A stretch of DNA of 35,213 nt, from IMG/VR virus record IMGVR_UViG_3300048670_000380, positions 1-35,213 of that record; one strand, written 5' to 3'. The stretch comes from a virus (taxonomy: Duplodnaviria; Caudoviricetes). Of the stretch, positions 1-9,500 are shown piece by piece (position 1 is the stretch's first letter; the number at the start of each line of letters is the position of its first letter). Position numbers and translations under genes: made by a program. The notes under the pieces are model-generated. The model did not search any database. It saw nothing but the letters and a program-made list of their open reading frames with translations, and was not told the origin of the DNA.

Positions 1-225
1 GTAATCACTTGCGCTAAAGGCCCACAACTGGTTGACGACTTGGTTCAATTTGACCTGAGCCCCAAGTCCAAAGGCAAGTTTAGCCGATACCAGTTGATGG
101 CTCTGAATGCGTTGCGACTCGGCAAGGCGACTGCAGAGTCGGTTACCAAGGTTCGTGCCCGTACCGAGATAGCGCAGGCAGGTTCCAATGCCTACACAGT
201 CGTTGTCTTCGAGATAGCTCAGTAA
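1..225 (+). CDS. Hypothetical phage protein, C-terminal part (5'-truncated by window edge)
   Basis: Frame 1 is open from position 1 (VITCAKGPQLVDDLVQFDLSPK...) to TAA at 223-225 and is followed by a hairpin; function not recognised. Confidence 0.7.
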   Translation, partial: VITCAKGPQLVDDLVQFDLSPKSKGKFSRYQLMALNALRLGKATAESVTKVRARTEIAQAGSNAYTVVVFEIAQ

Positions 226-239
226 CAACTAAACTTAGG

Positions 240-266
240 AAAGGCCCAGAATTTCTGGGCCTTTTT
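240..266 (+). terminator. Intrinsic terminator-like hairpin
   Basis: AAGGCCCAGA-ATT-TCTGGGCCTT followed by TTT. Confidence 0.7.
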
Positions 267-271
267 CACGC

Positions 272-922
272 ATGAACAATTACCTAATTTTAGATACAGA
301 AACTGCAGGCCTGTCAGGCGGGGTTTGTGAAATCGCATGGGTAACCATGGACGAGAACCTAAACATTCTTGACCAGCACGAGACCCTTGTAGACCCAGAA
401 CGTCAGATTGAACCGGGCGCATTTGCTATTCACGGCATCTCTAATGATATGTGTGATGGCAAGCCTAAGTTAGCTGATGTCGCAAAGCTACTGCCAGAAT
501 CTGGATGGATGATTTGTCATAATGCTCCATTCGATACTCGAATGATTGCTAGTGTTTACACACCGGCAGCAACCTTATGTACTCTGGCCTTGTCCAGAAA
601 ATACATCACAGGCACTACCAACCACAAGTTGGCCACCCTGCAATCAGAACTTGGTCTACCAGACCGCAAGTCCCACTCGGCCTTGGGAGACATCTTGACA
701 GTGCATGACCTGCTGCAGGTAATTCTGCCAAAGACCGGTACCACGCTGGAGGCCTTGTTCAAGCGGGCCAGCACACCCAAGATGCTGCATACCATGCCGT
801 TCGGCAAGCACAAGGGCCTAAAAATCCTTGACGTGCCGGCAGACTACCGCAACTGGCTGATGGGCCAATCCGGACTTGACCAAGACCTCAAATACACTCT
901 GGAGAAAATGAAAAATGTTTGA
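272..922 (+). CDS. exoX: DEDDh 3'-5' exonuclease, exonuclease X-like
   Basis: ExoI LDTETAG, ExoII HNAPFD, ExoIII HSALGD, and the C-terminal MPFGKHKG...YRNWL domain typical of ExoX. Confidence 0.85.
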   Translation: MNNYLILDTETAGLSGGVCEIAWVTMDENLNILDQHETLVDPERQIEPGAFAIHGISNDMCDGKPKLADVAKLLPESGWMICHNAPFDTRMIASVYTPAATLCTLALSRKYITGTTNHKLATLQSELGLPDRKSHSALGDILTVHDLLQVILPKTGTTLEALFKRASTPKMLHTMPFGKHKGLKILDVPADYRNWLMGQSGLDQDLKYTLEKMKNV

Positions 923-1340
923 TGACATCAAGAAGTTCAATACGATGTACGGGTTCCCCTGCCTCGACAAGCCCACCCTGCCTGACGGCTTCCCATTGAA
1001 GCTGCTCAACTTCACGAAGATTCTTCGTGATGAGCTGGATGAGGGCTTTGACATCATCGAGACCTATAATAAAGAGGGCTCCACAGATTTAGAAACTCTG
1101 ACAAACCTTGCAGATTGGTTTGGTGATATTATGGTCTACTGTGCTTCTGAAGGTGCAAAGTACGGCCTACCAATGCAGGAAGTTATCTCTGTAATCATGC
1201 AGTCTAACTTCAGCAAGATGGGAGCGGACGGAAACCCAATCAAAGACCAATTCAATAAGCTCCAGAAGGGGCCGAATTATTGGAAACCAGAACCAAAGAT
1301 TTCACAACTTTTATCGGAGAAACTAAATGACAACACGTAA
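915..1340 (+). CDS. MazG-like / PRA-PH nucleoside triphosphate pyrophosphohydrolase
   Basis: Acidic helix motifs DELDE and LADWFGD; QSNFSK and KLQKGPNYWKP motifs characteristic of phage MazG-like proteins. Confidence 0.8.
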   Translation: MFDDIKKFNTMYGFPCLDKPTLPDGFPLKLLNFTKILRDELDEGFDIIETYNKEGSTDLETLTNLADWFGDIMVYCASEGAKYGLPMQEVISVIMQSNFSKMGADGNPIKDQFNKLQKGPNYWKPEPKISQLLSEKLNDNT

Positions 1341-1674
1341 GATGCCTTTTGTTCAAGTACAGAAACGCGGACGCCCAGCCAAAGAAACCCCAAAGGCTGC
1401 TCCAACCTTGGTCACCATCTTAGCTGAGCGTGGCTCACGCTACGGCACATTCCAAGGCCACGCCAATGTCACACAAGACTTCAAGCGACTCCTGAAGAAG
1501 CACTTGGATTCCCGTAACAAGGTTCTGACAGACACTCAGCAAGAGGCCCTTGAGATGGTGTTCCATAAGATTGGACGCATCGTAAACGGAGATGCCAATT
1601 ACGATGACTCGTGGGTAGATGTGGCAGGGTATTCAAAATTAGTCGCAGACGAACTGCAAGGCAACATACGCTAA
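1327..1674 (+). CDS. DUF6378-like phage protein (possibly nucleotide metabolism)
   Basis: LAERGSRYG.F ... HKIGRIVNGD..YDDSWVDVAGY pattern. Confidence 0.7.
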   Translation: MTTRKMPFVQVQKRGRPAKETPKAAPTLVTILAERGSRYGTFQGHANVTQDFKRLLKKHLDSRNKVLTDTQQEALEMVFHKIGRIVNGDANYDDSWVDVAGYSKLVADELQGNIR

Positions 1675-1679
1675 ACACT

Positions 1680-1704
1680 AAGCCCTCTTCGGAGGGCTTT
1701 TCTT
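1680..1704 (+). terminator. Intrinsic terminator with UUCG tetraloop
   Basis: AAGCCCTC-TTCG-GAGGGCTT followed by TCTT. Confidence 0.8.
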
Positions 1705-1718
1705 ACATTAGGAAACAT

Positions 1719-4700
1719 ATGAAAATCGCATTCGACATGTCCTCTATTATGTGGACCTGCCTCTCAGTAGGCAAAGACCAAGAAGGTTTCAACGCTGTCA
1801 CAGAAGACGGCAAAGATTACTGGGTAAACACCCAAGCGTACGGCTACGAGAACGCCGTCAACTCCATCATCACCTCTCTCAAGAAATTCAACCTGACCCC
1901 CAAGGACGCCATCTTGGTGTTCGAGGGCCAGTCTAGCAAGGTCATGCGCGGCATGATCGACAAAGAGTACAAGGCCGGCCGCGGCAAGCGCCCCAATGAG
2001 GCCTACGTCGAGTTCAACAACCTCAAAGAGCAGTTGCAGAGTGTCTTCTTCAAACTCGGTGCCATGTCCCTGACCCAAGATTACGTCGAAGGTGACGACA
2101 TCCTTGGTTGGCTGGCCCAGCATACGGAAGAGGACCTCGTAATCCGCTCAGGCGATGGCGACTTGGCCGTGCTGTCAGGGGTCAACGCCTACGGCGCGAC
2201 AATCAACACCAGCATCGGTGACCGTGACCTAGACGAGAACCCTTTTGGCCCGTTCGAGAACCGCTGGATTAGCGTGTACAAGGCGCTGGTCGGTGACTCT
2301 TCCGACAACATCAAGGGTATCAAAGGCTTTGGCCCTGCCGCCTTCGCTGAGTTCTACCGCGACTACGGCGATGCAGGCCTTGAAGAGCTGGCCCGCTTGG
2401 CTGAGATCGGCAACTTGGACGAGTTACACCCAGAGTGCAGCGTCAAGGTGGTCAAGAAGATTTTTGACGGCTCGGCCGAGTTCATCAAGTCGTGGAAGTT
2501 GGCCAAGATTCACACCGAGTGGGTCAACACTCTGCAGAACCCACTGAAGTGGTCCCCCGGCCTGATTCGCGGCAAGGTAGACGACGAGCGGCTGGTGAAG
2601 TGGCAAGGGCAGTCGCACCTTGTCTCCGGCTCCAAGTGGGGGTCGTTCAAGTCCTGGGCCAAGCCCCTGATTGCCCAGTCCTCCTTCGTAGCGCTGGACA
2701 TCGAGACTTCCACACCGGATGAGTCCGACGAGTGGGTAGAGTCCAACGGCGGCATCGTTGATGTCATCGGCTCTGAGTTGTCCGGCATGTCACTCACCTT
2801 CGGTGACAACCTGCAGTACACCGTCTACATCCCCGTGGACCACGTAGACACCGACTGCGTACCCCTCGACGACGTGGCTGACTTCGCCATGAACTTGGGC
2901 AAGCAGTTGGTCATCCAAAACGTGGCGTTCGAGGGTCCGGTACTCTATAACGCTTGGGGAGAGCGCTTCAAGGACAACGGCTATGAGGGCTACTTGCCCA
3001 ACTGGCTGGACACCAAGCTGGAAGCCTCCTACGTCAACGAGAACGAGTCCTTGGGCTTGAAGAAGTTGGCCAAGATGTATTTCGGCTACGACCAAGTTGA
3101 GTACAGCGCTGTGACAACCCTGGAAGGCCCTATCGGTACCCTGCAGGGCGGCCAGTTGCTGAGCACCTTTGACAAGTGTGTCAAGGAAGCCGTAATCCGT
3201 GAGGTCACGGCGGCTGACGTAGAGATGGAGTCCCAAAAGTATGCCGTGGCAATGGACGCATGGGAGCGAGATGTGCGCTCACCGGACTGCGAGACTCCAA
3301 GACCTACCGCCCCGGTTTTGGTCGAAGGCGGCACAATCGAGGTGGAGCCAGCAATCTTCGAGGCCACCGAGCGCCGCCAGTACAAGATGCGTGAGTTGTC
3401 CGCTGCACACGTCAAGTCCTACGCTTGCGATGACACCATCGTCACCGCCTCGTTGCACAACTTCTTCAAGTTGCACATGCAACTTGAGCACCACTGGAAG
3501 GTCTACTTGGACGTTGAGATTGACGCGTCTTACCTGCATGCCCAAAGCTATGTCCACGGAGTTAAGGTTGACGTTGCCAAGCTCTACGAGTTGGCTGAGC
3601 TGGATGCGAAGACCAAGGTTGACGCGGAGGCCGTGCTGCACAAGTACCTCGTCACCCACGGGTGGGAAGGCACCGTTGCACCGGTGTTCGAGAAGCTGGA
3701 CGCAGCAGCCATCAAGCAGGCAGCACTGATTTGTGGTCAAGAGCTGAAGACAGCGGTGCGCACCCCGGCAAAGCTTGTCCCAATGATTCAGGACAAGCTC
3801 TTGGCAGACTTGGTGTCTGCTGATGACGCCGCCGCTGTGACGTGCTACGTGCATCGCCGCTTCGTCGCCGCGCCGGAGTTCAACGCAGGCAGCCCCAAGC
3901 AGATTACCAAGTTGATGTACGACGTGATGGGCTTGCCTCTGCGCCTGTTCAACAACGGGCCAGGTACACGCTCCAACGAAGCTATCCGCAACGCCATGGA
4001 CGTGCCGCTGACCTTGGAGGCCTACAACGCGATGCCGCCACCACCCGGCGCTCGGCTGCCGAACCCTTCGACTGACACTACGGCGATTGCCTACGCTTTG
4101 CTGGACGCACCAGAAGAGGAGAAGGCGACCCTTGAGGCCTTGAAGCTGATTAAGATGGTGCAGACACGTAGCGGCCTGTACTATGAGACCTACCCTAAGT
4201 TAGTCCACTGGAAAACCGGTAGAATTCACTCTAACCACAACCAGTGTGGAACTAACACACGTAGGGCCAGCAGTTCAGCACCAAACCTGCAACAGCTTCC
4301 GAAACACGCCAAGATTGAGGGTCAAGCTGCAAGGTTCCGTGAGGTGATCGTGCCACACAAGCGCAACGCTGTTATCGTCTCGATGGACTTCTCTAGTCAA
4401 GAGATTCTGCTCTTGGCTGAGTGGTCAAAAGACCCAGTTCTGCGTGAAGTATTCGTAGGAGATTCTCCTAAAGATATGCACTCGATTACTGGCTTGGGTA
4501 TTTATAATGGACGCAATGAGGCTATAACTTATGAACAGTTTGTTACAGCTAAAGATGATAAGTCTAATCCACTTTATGAGACTGTAAAAAAGTGCAGAGC
4601 TTTAGGTAAAGCTGTTAATTTCGGAAGCCAATACAGGATTAAGCCCGGAAAACTAAGTCGTATGCTGATGGTAACTAAACAGGATGCTACGGACATGCTT

Positions 4701-5192
4701 GAGGCTAAAGCTGCAGCCTTCCCAGTAGCTGAGGCATGGGCTGAGACAGAGATGGCAGCTATATACGAGCAAGGCGCTGTGAAGACCTTGTTGGGGGCTG
4801 TTCGCCACTTGGCCAAGATGATTGACCAAGCATCCAGTGGGGACGAGGAAGGCCCCCAGCGCCAAGCCTTGTCCTTCCGGATTCAGGGCTCTGCAGCCGA
4901 GATGACCAAGTTGGCGGAAGGCCGCATGTGGAAGGCCCGTCTTGAGCAGGTGTTTGACTGTGAGGTCATCGCACCGATTCACGACGAGTGTGTGTTCTCC
5001 GTAGCTATCCCTGACTTAGTACCCTTTATGGCCTCCGCCCATGCCTGCATGGTGGGTGATTACGCTGGCATGGAGTTGCCAATCAAGAGTTCCATCTCGT
5101 TCGGCCCGTCTTTTGGCGAGCAGATTGAGATTGGTGATTTGCCTGTTGAGGCTGCCATCGTCGGCGGCCTGAAGAAGATGGAGAAAGCATGA
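1719..5192 (+). CDS. polA: Family A DNA polymerase with N-terminal 5'-3' exonuclease/flap domain and 3'-5' proofreading domain
   Basis: Start moved to ATG 1719 (AGGA upstream). FEN motifs EGDDILG, SGDGDL, ALVGDSSDNIKGIKGFG; exonuclease DIET and YACDD; RASSSAPNLQQLP; motif A DFSSQE; motif B RALGKAVNFGSQY; IQGSAAE; motif C IHDE. Confidence 0.95.
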   Translation: MKIAFDMSSIMWTCLSVGKDQEGFNAVTEDGKDYWVNTQAYGYENAVNSIITSLKKFNLTPKDAILVFEGQSSKVMRGMIDKEYKAGRGKRPNEAYVEFNNLKEQLQSVFFKLGAMSLTQDYVEGDDILGWLAQHTEEDLVIRSGDGDLAVLSGVNAYGATINTSIGDRDLDENPFGPFENRWISVYKALVGDSSDNIKGIKGFGPAAFAEFYRDYGDAGLEELARLAEIGNLDELHPECSVKVVKKIFDGSAEFIKSWKLAKIHTEWVNTLQNPLKWSPGLIRGKVDDERLVKWQGQSHLVSGSKWGSFKSWAKPLIAQSSFVALDIETSTPDESDEWVESNGGIVDVIGSELSGMSLTFGDNLQYTVYIPVDHVDTDCVPLDDVADFAMNLGKQLVIQNVAFEGPVLYNAWGERFKDNGYEGYLPNWLDTKLEASYVNENESLGLKKLAKMYFGYDQVEYSAVTTLEGPIGTLQGGQLLSTFDKCVKEAVIREVTAADVEMESQKYAVAMDAWERDVRSPDCETPRPTAPVLVEGGTIEVEPAIFEATERRQYKMRELSAAHVKSYACDDTIVTASLHNFFKLHMQLEHHWKVYLDVEIDASYLHAQSYVHGVKVDVAKLYELAELDAKTKVDAEAVLHKYLVTHGWEGTVAPVFEKLDAAAIKQAALICGQELKTAVRTPAKLVPMIQDKLLADLVSADDAAAVTCYVHRRFVAAPEFNAGSPKQITKLMYDVMGLPLRLFNNGPGTRSNEAIRNAMDVPLTLEAYNAMPPPPGARLPNPSTDTTAIAYALLDAPEEEKATLEALKLIKMVQTRSGLYYETYPKLVHWKTGRIHSNHNQCGTNTRRASSSAPNLQQLPKHAKIEGQAARFREVIVPHKRNAVIVSMDFSSQEILLLAEWSKDPVLREVFVGDSPKDMHSITGLGIYNGRNEAITYEQFVTAKDDKSNPLYETVKKCRALGKAVNFGSQYRIKPGKLSRMLMVTKQDATDMLEAKAAAFPVAEAWAETEMAAIYEQGAVKTLLGAVRHLAKMIDQASSGDEEGPQRQALSFRIQGSAAEMTKLAEGRMWKARLEQVFDCEVIAPIHDECVFSVAIPDLVPFMASAHACMVGDYAGMELPIKSSISFGPSFGEQIEIGDLPVEAAIVGGLKKMEKA

Positions 5193-5605
5193 CCACCACA
5201 AACCGAGGCAAGATAGCTGAGGGTCAGGTGAAGAAGATTTTGTCTTCTATCACCCGACAAGACTTCGCATGGAATCGACTTCCAGATGCACACGCAGGGT
5301 CAAGGCAGCCAACCTTGGCTGACTTCCTGCTTGTAAATCATGGGGTGCCGATACTGCTAGAGGTAAAAGAAACAGCCCATGACTTTAGGTTACCAGTCGG
5401 TAACTTTAAGCTGGAGAATAGGGCCAGAATGAGAATATTTCAACTCGCAGGGGTTAAGTGTTCTATTCTGGTGTACCATAGCAAAACTAGGGTGTGGCGC
5501 TGTATAGGGCTAGACTACTTTGGTACTCAAGATACCGGCTCTTGGGATTTACGAAACACATCAGAACTAACATTAAAAGAGGCTTTAGAACTATGCTTAC
5601 AGTAA
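5189..5605 (+). CDS. PD-(D/E)XK endonuclease, RecU-like Holliday junction resolvase
   Basis: RGKIAE, ADF and LLEVKET motifs; lies between the polymerase and SbcD/C genes. Confidence 0.75.
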   Translation: MTTTNRGKIAEGQVKKILSSITRQDFAWNRLPDAHAGSRQPTLADFLLVNHGVPILLEVKETAHDFRLPVGNFKLENRARMRIFQLAGVKCSILVYHSKTRVWRCIGLDYFGTQDTGSWDLRNTSELTLKEALELCLQ

Positions 5606-6600
5606 TCAGTGATTTACACTTAGGGGCTATTCGTAGCTCCGGCACCACACCCGCTACACAGTGGGCTCTCCGACAGCACGTCCTGCAGGAATTTGCGGGT
5701 CTACTTCCTACAGAAGGCGACCTTCTCATAAACGGTGACTTATTCGATACGGCAAACGTACCAATCAGCGATGTTCTAAAAACATATGAGATTCTAGGCG
5801 ACTGGCTTGAAGCTCACCCAAGTTCCAAGCTGTACAACTCTGCAGGTAACCACGACCTCAGCAAGACTTCTACAACGCTCTCTAGTTTTCAGTTCCTAGG
5901 CAAACTCCTAAGCCGAAACTTCCCCGAGCGTTATGTGCATATCGAGCAGCCGACGATGACACCCTACGGGTACGTGATTCCCCACTTGGTGAACCAAGAC
6001 GTGTTCGACGCAGCGCTTGCAGCCACACCCAAGTGTGAGTACGTGTTCCTACATGCCAACTACGACAACTTCTTTGCCAAGCAGGCTGACCAGAGCTTGA
6101 ACGTCTCCAAAGAGCAGGCGGCAGCCCTGCCCTGCAAGACGGTCATCTTTGGCCACGAGCACCACGCTCGACGCTTGGGCAAGGTTCTGATTCCGGGCAA
6201 CCAGCTTGCCACATCAGTATCGGACTGGCTGAGCGCTGGCGACAAGTACAAGGTTGTCATCCGTGGCGGCTTTGGGGTTCACTTCGAGACGACGGCTATC
6301 CGGGACCAAGAGTTCATCGAGATGAACTGGCGAGACCTGCAGCCTACCGGGCACAAGTTCGTTCGGGTGAACGGTAGCGCAACGCAGGAAGAGGCTCACG
6401 AAGTCGTCAACGCCGTTGCCGCTTTCCGGCGCACGTCCGAGGCGTTTGTAATCACCAACGCAGTGCAGATTGCAAGCGTTGAGGGTCTGTCCGCTGACTT
6501 TGAATCCACCTTGGAAGCGGCCAAAGGCTTTGATGTCATCAAGTGTCTACTGGGGACCTTGGATGCTGAAGAACGGGTTGTTGTGGAAACTCTAATCTAG
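5593..6600 (+). CDS. sbcD: SbcD/Mre11-like metallophosphoesterase recombination nuclease
   Basis: Start moved to ATG 5593; ISDLHLG, NGDLFD, GNHD and GHEH motifs; adjacent to the SbcC-like ATPase. Confidence 0.88.
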   Translation: MLTVISDLHLGAIRSSGTTPATQWALRQHVLQEFAGLLPTEGDLLINGDLFDTANVPISDVLKTYEILGDWLEAHPSSKLYNSAGNHDLSKTSTTLSSFQFLGKLLSRNFPERYVHIEQPTMTPYGYVIPHLVNQDVFDAALAATPKCEYVFLHANYDNFFAKQADQSLNVSKEQAAALPCKTVIFGHEHHARRLGKVLIPGNQLATSVSDWLSAGDKYKVVIRGGFGVHFETTAIRDQEFIEMNWRDLQPTGHKFVRVNGSATQEEAHEVVNAVAAFRRTSEAFVITNAVQIASVEGLSADFESTLEAAKGFDVIKCLLGTLDAEERVVVETLI

Positions 6601-6608
6601 GAAATAAA

Positions 6609-8666
6609 ATGCTTAACTACCTCAAACTTACCAATTTCAAACGTCACGAGTCCTTGGAAATCAACTTCACAGGCGGGTTACAACTCATCCGTGCCGCTTC
6701 CGAGGCAGGCAAGTCCTCTATGTTGCAGGCTATTGCGTATGCGCTGTATGGGGCTCGCGCCCTACCAATGTCCTTGGCTGCCACTGTCACCTATGGAAAG
6801 CCTGAGACCTCTCTGCGTGTTCTACTTCGCTTCTCGTTCAACGGCTCTGAATTTGAAGTAGAGCGCCACAAGGGCGGTGCCGAGTTGCGTGGCGATGGCG
6901 TTACTGCCTCTGGTCAAGCTGAGGTCACCGCTTTCGTAGACCGCTTGTTCGGTTGCTCCGCTGCCGTCGCCACATCTCTGATGTTCGCCAACCAAGGCTC
7001 CCTGCGCGGTGCGCTGGAAGGTGGCCCCGGCGCGGCGGTGTCGCTGATTGAGAAGCTGGCCGACGTGGACGCACTTGACCGTTTGGTCGAGAAGGCCCAA
7101 GAGCACCTGCCGTCGGGCAACACCAAGTTGCTTGAGGCCCGTATCACCGAGCTGGCCGAGGTGAAGCCACCTGTAGCCGATTTCACGGAGCTGGAAGCCA
7201 GCCTGTCCAAAGCCCAAGAGTTCTTGGCTGCGGCGACAGCGCAGGTAGACCTGCACAGTGTCATGGCCTCGGCTGATACGTCAGCAGCCCGCAAGTTGCT
7301 GGTTGACGCTGAGAACGCAAAGTCCGCTGCGGTCAAGGGTCTGCAGATTCATACAAACCTGTCCGCAGAGGTTGAGGTTGACGCCCCGGCCCTGCTGGAC
7401 ACCCAAGACTACCGCGATAAGGCGACCGCGCAGTCGGCGGCGGCGGCCCTGCGGGCACAGTATGCTGAGTTCACTCGAATCGACCAGTATGAGCACGTCG
7501 CCACAAGCGAAGCCGAGTTTTCTGACGGTAGCCTTGTAGTGGTGTCCCGCCAGAAGGCTGTGCAGGCTGAGATGCTGCAGGTCACCCGCGAACTTGCCCA
7601 AGCTGAGATGGGTGTGATTCAAGAACGCCTGTGCGACTTCTGCGGCAAAGACTTCTCCGAGGTGCCGGAAGTCATCGCCAAGAACGCCGCATGCGCTGCG
7701 CTGGCCGAGGCTGCCCAAGTACGCATGACAGCGCTCAAGGCTGAGGCGGTAGTTCTGGCCGCTCAGGTGCAGGATGTGCGTGACACGGCGTCCGCAGCGA
7801 AGACCTTGGATGCCCAGATGTCTCGCCTGCCTGTTGAGGCCTTCGGTGGATACCCACGTAAGTACAAGTGGGTCGGCGGCGATGTGCCAGAACTGGACAC
7901 CACCGACTACAACAAGTTGCTGCGCGAGGCTGAGGCTACCAACTTGGCAACCCAGCGCACTTTGGCCCGTGTCGAGGCCGCTCGCAGAGGTTTGGCTGCC
8001 TTGGACCTGCCGGGTTTGCAGGCTGCATCAGACGAACTGCAGGCGCAGGTGCCCACAGCCCTAGCGTCAATCGCTGACGTTGAGATGTGGTCCCACAAGC
8101 TGCGTACCTCCCAGAACGACGAGAAACAGGCACAAGCTGAGGTTGCAGGGGTAGCCATGGCATTAGCAGTGGCCCGTGGGCAGTTCGAGGCGGCGCTGGA
8201 CTCCTACGCAGCCTCACAAGCTTCACTGGCCAAGGCCAAGGATGACTTGTCCACTTACACGCTGAACAACCGGGTCATCAAGAAGATTCGTGAGGCTCGC
8301 CCACTGGTCGCCAAACAGTTGTGGGGCACGGTCTTGGGCACAGTCAGCCACTACTTCAGCCAAGTGCGTGGCACCCCGTCAGTCGTTACCCGCGAGGGCA
8401 GCGGCTTCCTCGTGGACGGAAAGCCGGTTGAAGGACTGTCCGGCTCCACGCTGGACGCGTTGGGCCTCGCAATTCGCATCGCACTGACCCGCACGTTCTT
8501 GGCCAACGTGCCTTGGCTTATACTTGACGAGCCTGCAGCAGCCTGCGATAACAACCGGGAGGCCGCCATGCTTGGGGTTGTAGCCAGTTGTGGATTCCCA
8601 CAAGTGCTCATGGTCAGCCATAGCGAGTTGGGTGAGTCGTTTGCCAGCAGCGTTGTAACCTTATAA
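6609..8666 (+). CDS. sbcC: SbcC/Rad50-like SMC ATPase
   Basis: LTNFKRH, Walker A SEAGKSS, Q-loop FANQG, coiled coils, zinc hook CDFCG, signature LSGS, Walker B LILDEP, H-loop VSH. Confidence 0.9.
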   Translation: MLNYLKLTNFKRHESLEINFTGGLQLIRAASEAGKSSMLQAIAYALYGARALPMSLAATVTYGKPETSLRVLLRFSFNGSEFEVERHKGGAELRGDGVTASGQAEVTAFVDRLFGCSAAVATSLMFANQGSLRGALEGGPGAAVSLIEKLADVDALDRLVEKAQEHLPSGNTKLLEARITELAEVKPPVADFTELEASLSKAQEFLAAATAQVDLHSVMASADTSAARKLLVDAENAKSAAVKGLQIHTNLSAEVEVDAPALLDTQDYRDKATAQSAAAALRAQYAEFTRIDQYEHVATSEAEFSDGSLVVVSRQKAVQAEMLQVTRELAQAEMGVIQERLCDFCGKDFSEVPEVIAKNAACAALAEAAQVRMTALKAEAVVLAAQVQDVRDTASAAKTLDAQMSRLPVEAFGGYPRKYKWVGGDVPELDTTDYNKLLREAEATNLATQRTLARVEAARRGLAALDLPGLQAASDELQAQVPTALASIADVEMWSHKLRTSQNDEKQAQAEVAGVAMALAVARGQFEAALDSYAASQASLAKAKDDLSTYTLNNRVIKKIREARPLVAKQLWGTVLGTVSHYFSQVRGTPSVVTREGSGFLVDGKPVEGLSGSTLDALGLAIRIALTRTFLANVPWLILDEPAAACDNNREAAMLGVVASCGFPQVLMVSHSELGESFASSVVTL

Positions 8667-8695
8667 ACCCAGCCCTTCAGGCTTTGCGAGTACCT

Positions 8696-8998
8696 ATGCA
8701 CAAAATTACCCTTATCGACAAGACAATTCTCAGCGCCTTGCCAGGCACAGTGACCGAGGTTTCTGAGGTTACCGGCTTGGGAAAAACCACGGTAGCCTAC
8801 AGCCTGAAGAAGTTATTTGGAATCTCCAAAGTCAGCGCTTCGGGTGAGGGGCGGAACAGGTCCTACACAAGGACCGAACACCATGTTGACGCCTCGGTCC
8901 TGCATTACTCCAAGGAACGGAAACCTCTGAACCCCCATAAAAGAAGTCCCGTCAAGCGGGACCCTTTTACAACAGCGTTCTTTGGTCCGGCTACTTGA
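8696..8998 (+). CDS. Small winged-helix DNA-binding protein
   Basis: TVTEVSEVTGLGKTTVAYSLKKL resembles an HTH; ATG 8696 preferred as start. Confidence 0.55.
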   Translation: MHKITLIDKTILSALPGTVTEVSEVTGLGKTTVAYSLKKLFGISKVSASGEGRNRSYTRTEHHVDASVLHYSKERKPLNPHKRSPVKRDPFTTAFFGPAT

Positions 8999-9500
8999 TA
9001 GCGTCAGCTTTAGCTAGAAGGTCTGTCTTAGTTTGGCTATTATGAGTTGTACCGAACCAGAAAGCACAGGCTCCAGTCCATGCTGTGCCCAAGCTCCCTA
9101 ACATAATCATCAAGGGTGCACTCTCTTTTAGGTCGGGCCAGTAGAACATGCCACCAAGAACGCCGAAGAAACCCAAGGTGATTATGTAGGTGAGAACTGC
9201 GGGTGTGGATGAGCGCGAAGAGGCCTGCAACTCTCTAGCACTCTTCCGGTCATCTGCAGAGATTTGCTCCAACTTAATCTCGTGGTCAGCCATAAACTTC
9301 TTAAAGTCTACCTCTGCCAGCTTGATTTGAGAGATTTGGTCTGGGCTCAATTTACCACTGTTCAACACTTCCGATACCGCTTCTATAGTCTTAGACTCAA
9401 GACCCAACTTATCAGCAATGAAAGTTGCAGCGGCCCCGCCAAGTGGGCCTCCGAGGGCCGTCCCCAAGAGCGGGGCAAGTGTTTTAATCCAGTCACTCAT
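8991..9500 (-). CDS. Holin (3TM/GTA-holin-like)
   Basis: APLLGTALGGPLGG N-terminus, DRKSARE motif, two C-terminal hydrophobic helices ending FWFG; next to the endolysin. Confidence 0.75.
   Translation of the reverse strand: MSDWIKTLAPLLGTALGGPLGGAAATFIADKLGLESKTIEAVSEVLNSGKLSPDQISQIKLAEVDFKKFMADHEIKLEQISADDRKSARELQASSRSSTPAVLTYIITLGFFGVLGGMFYWPDLKESAPLMIMLGSLGTAWTGACAFWFGTTHNSQTKTDLLAKADAIK

Noticed and set aside
1611-1718. N-terminal extension of polA in the ORF track
   Set aside because: It overlaps the upstream gene and a terminator; the SD supports ATG 1719
3110-3385. Intein in the DNA polymerase
   Set aside because: The insertion is short and lacks C/S...HN-C/S/T splice motifs and endonuclease motifs
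5494-5592. N-terminal extension of SbcD in the ORF track
   Set aside because: It lies inside the resolvase gene; the metallophosphoesterase motif begins right after ATG 5593
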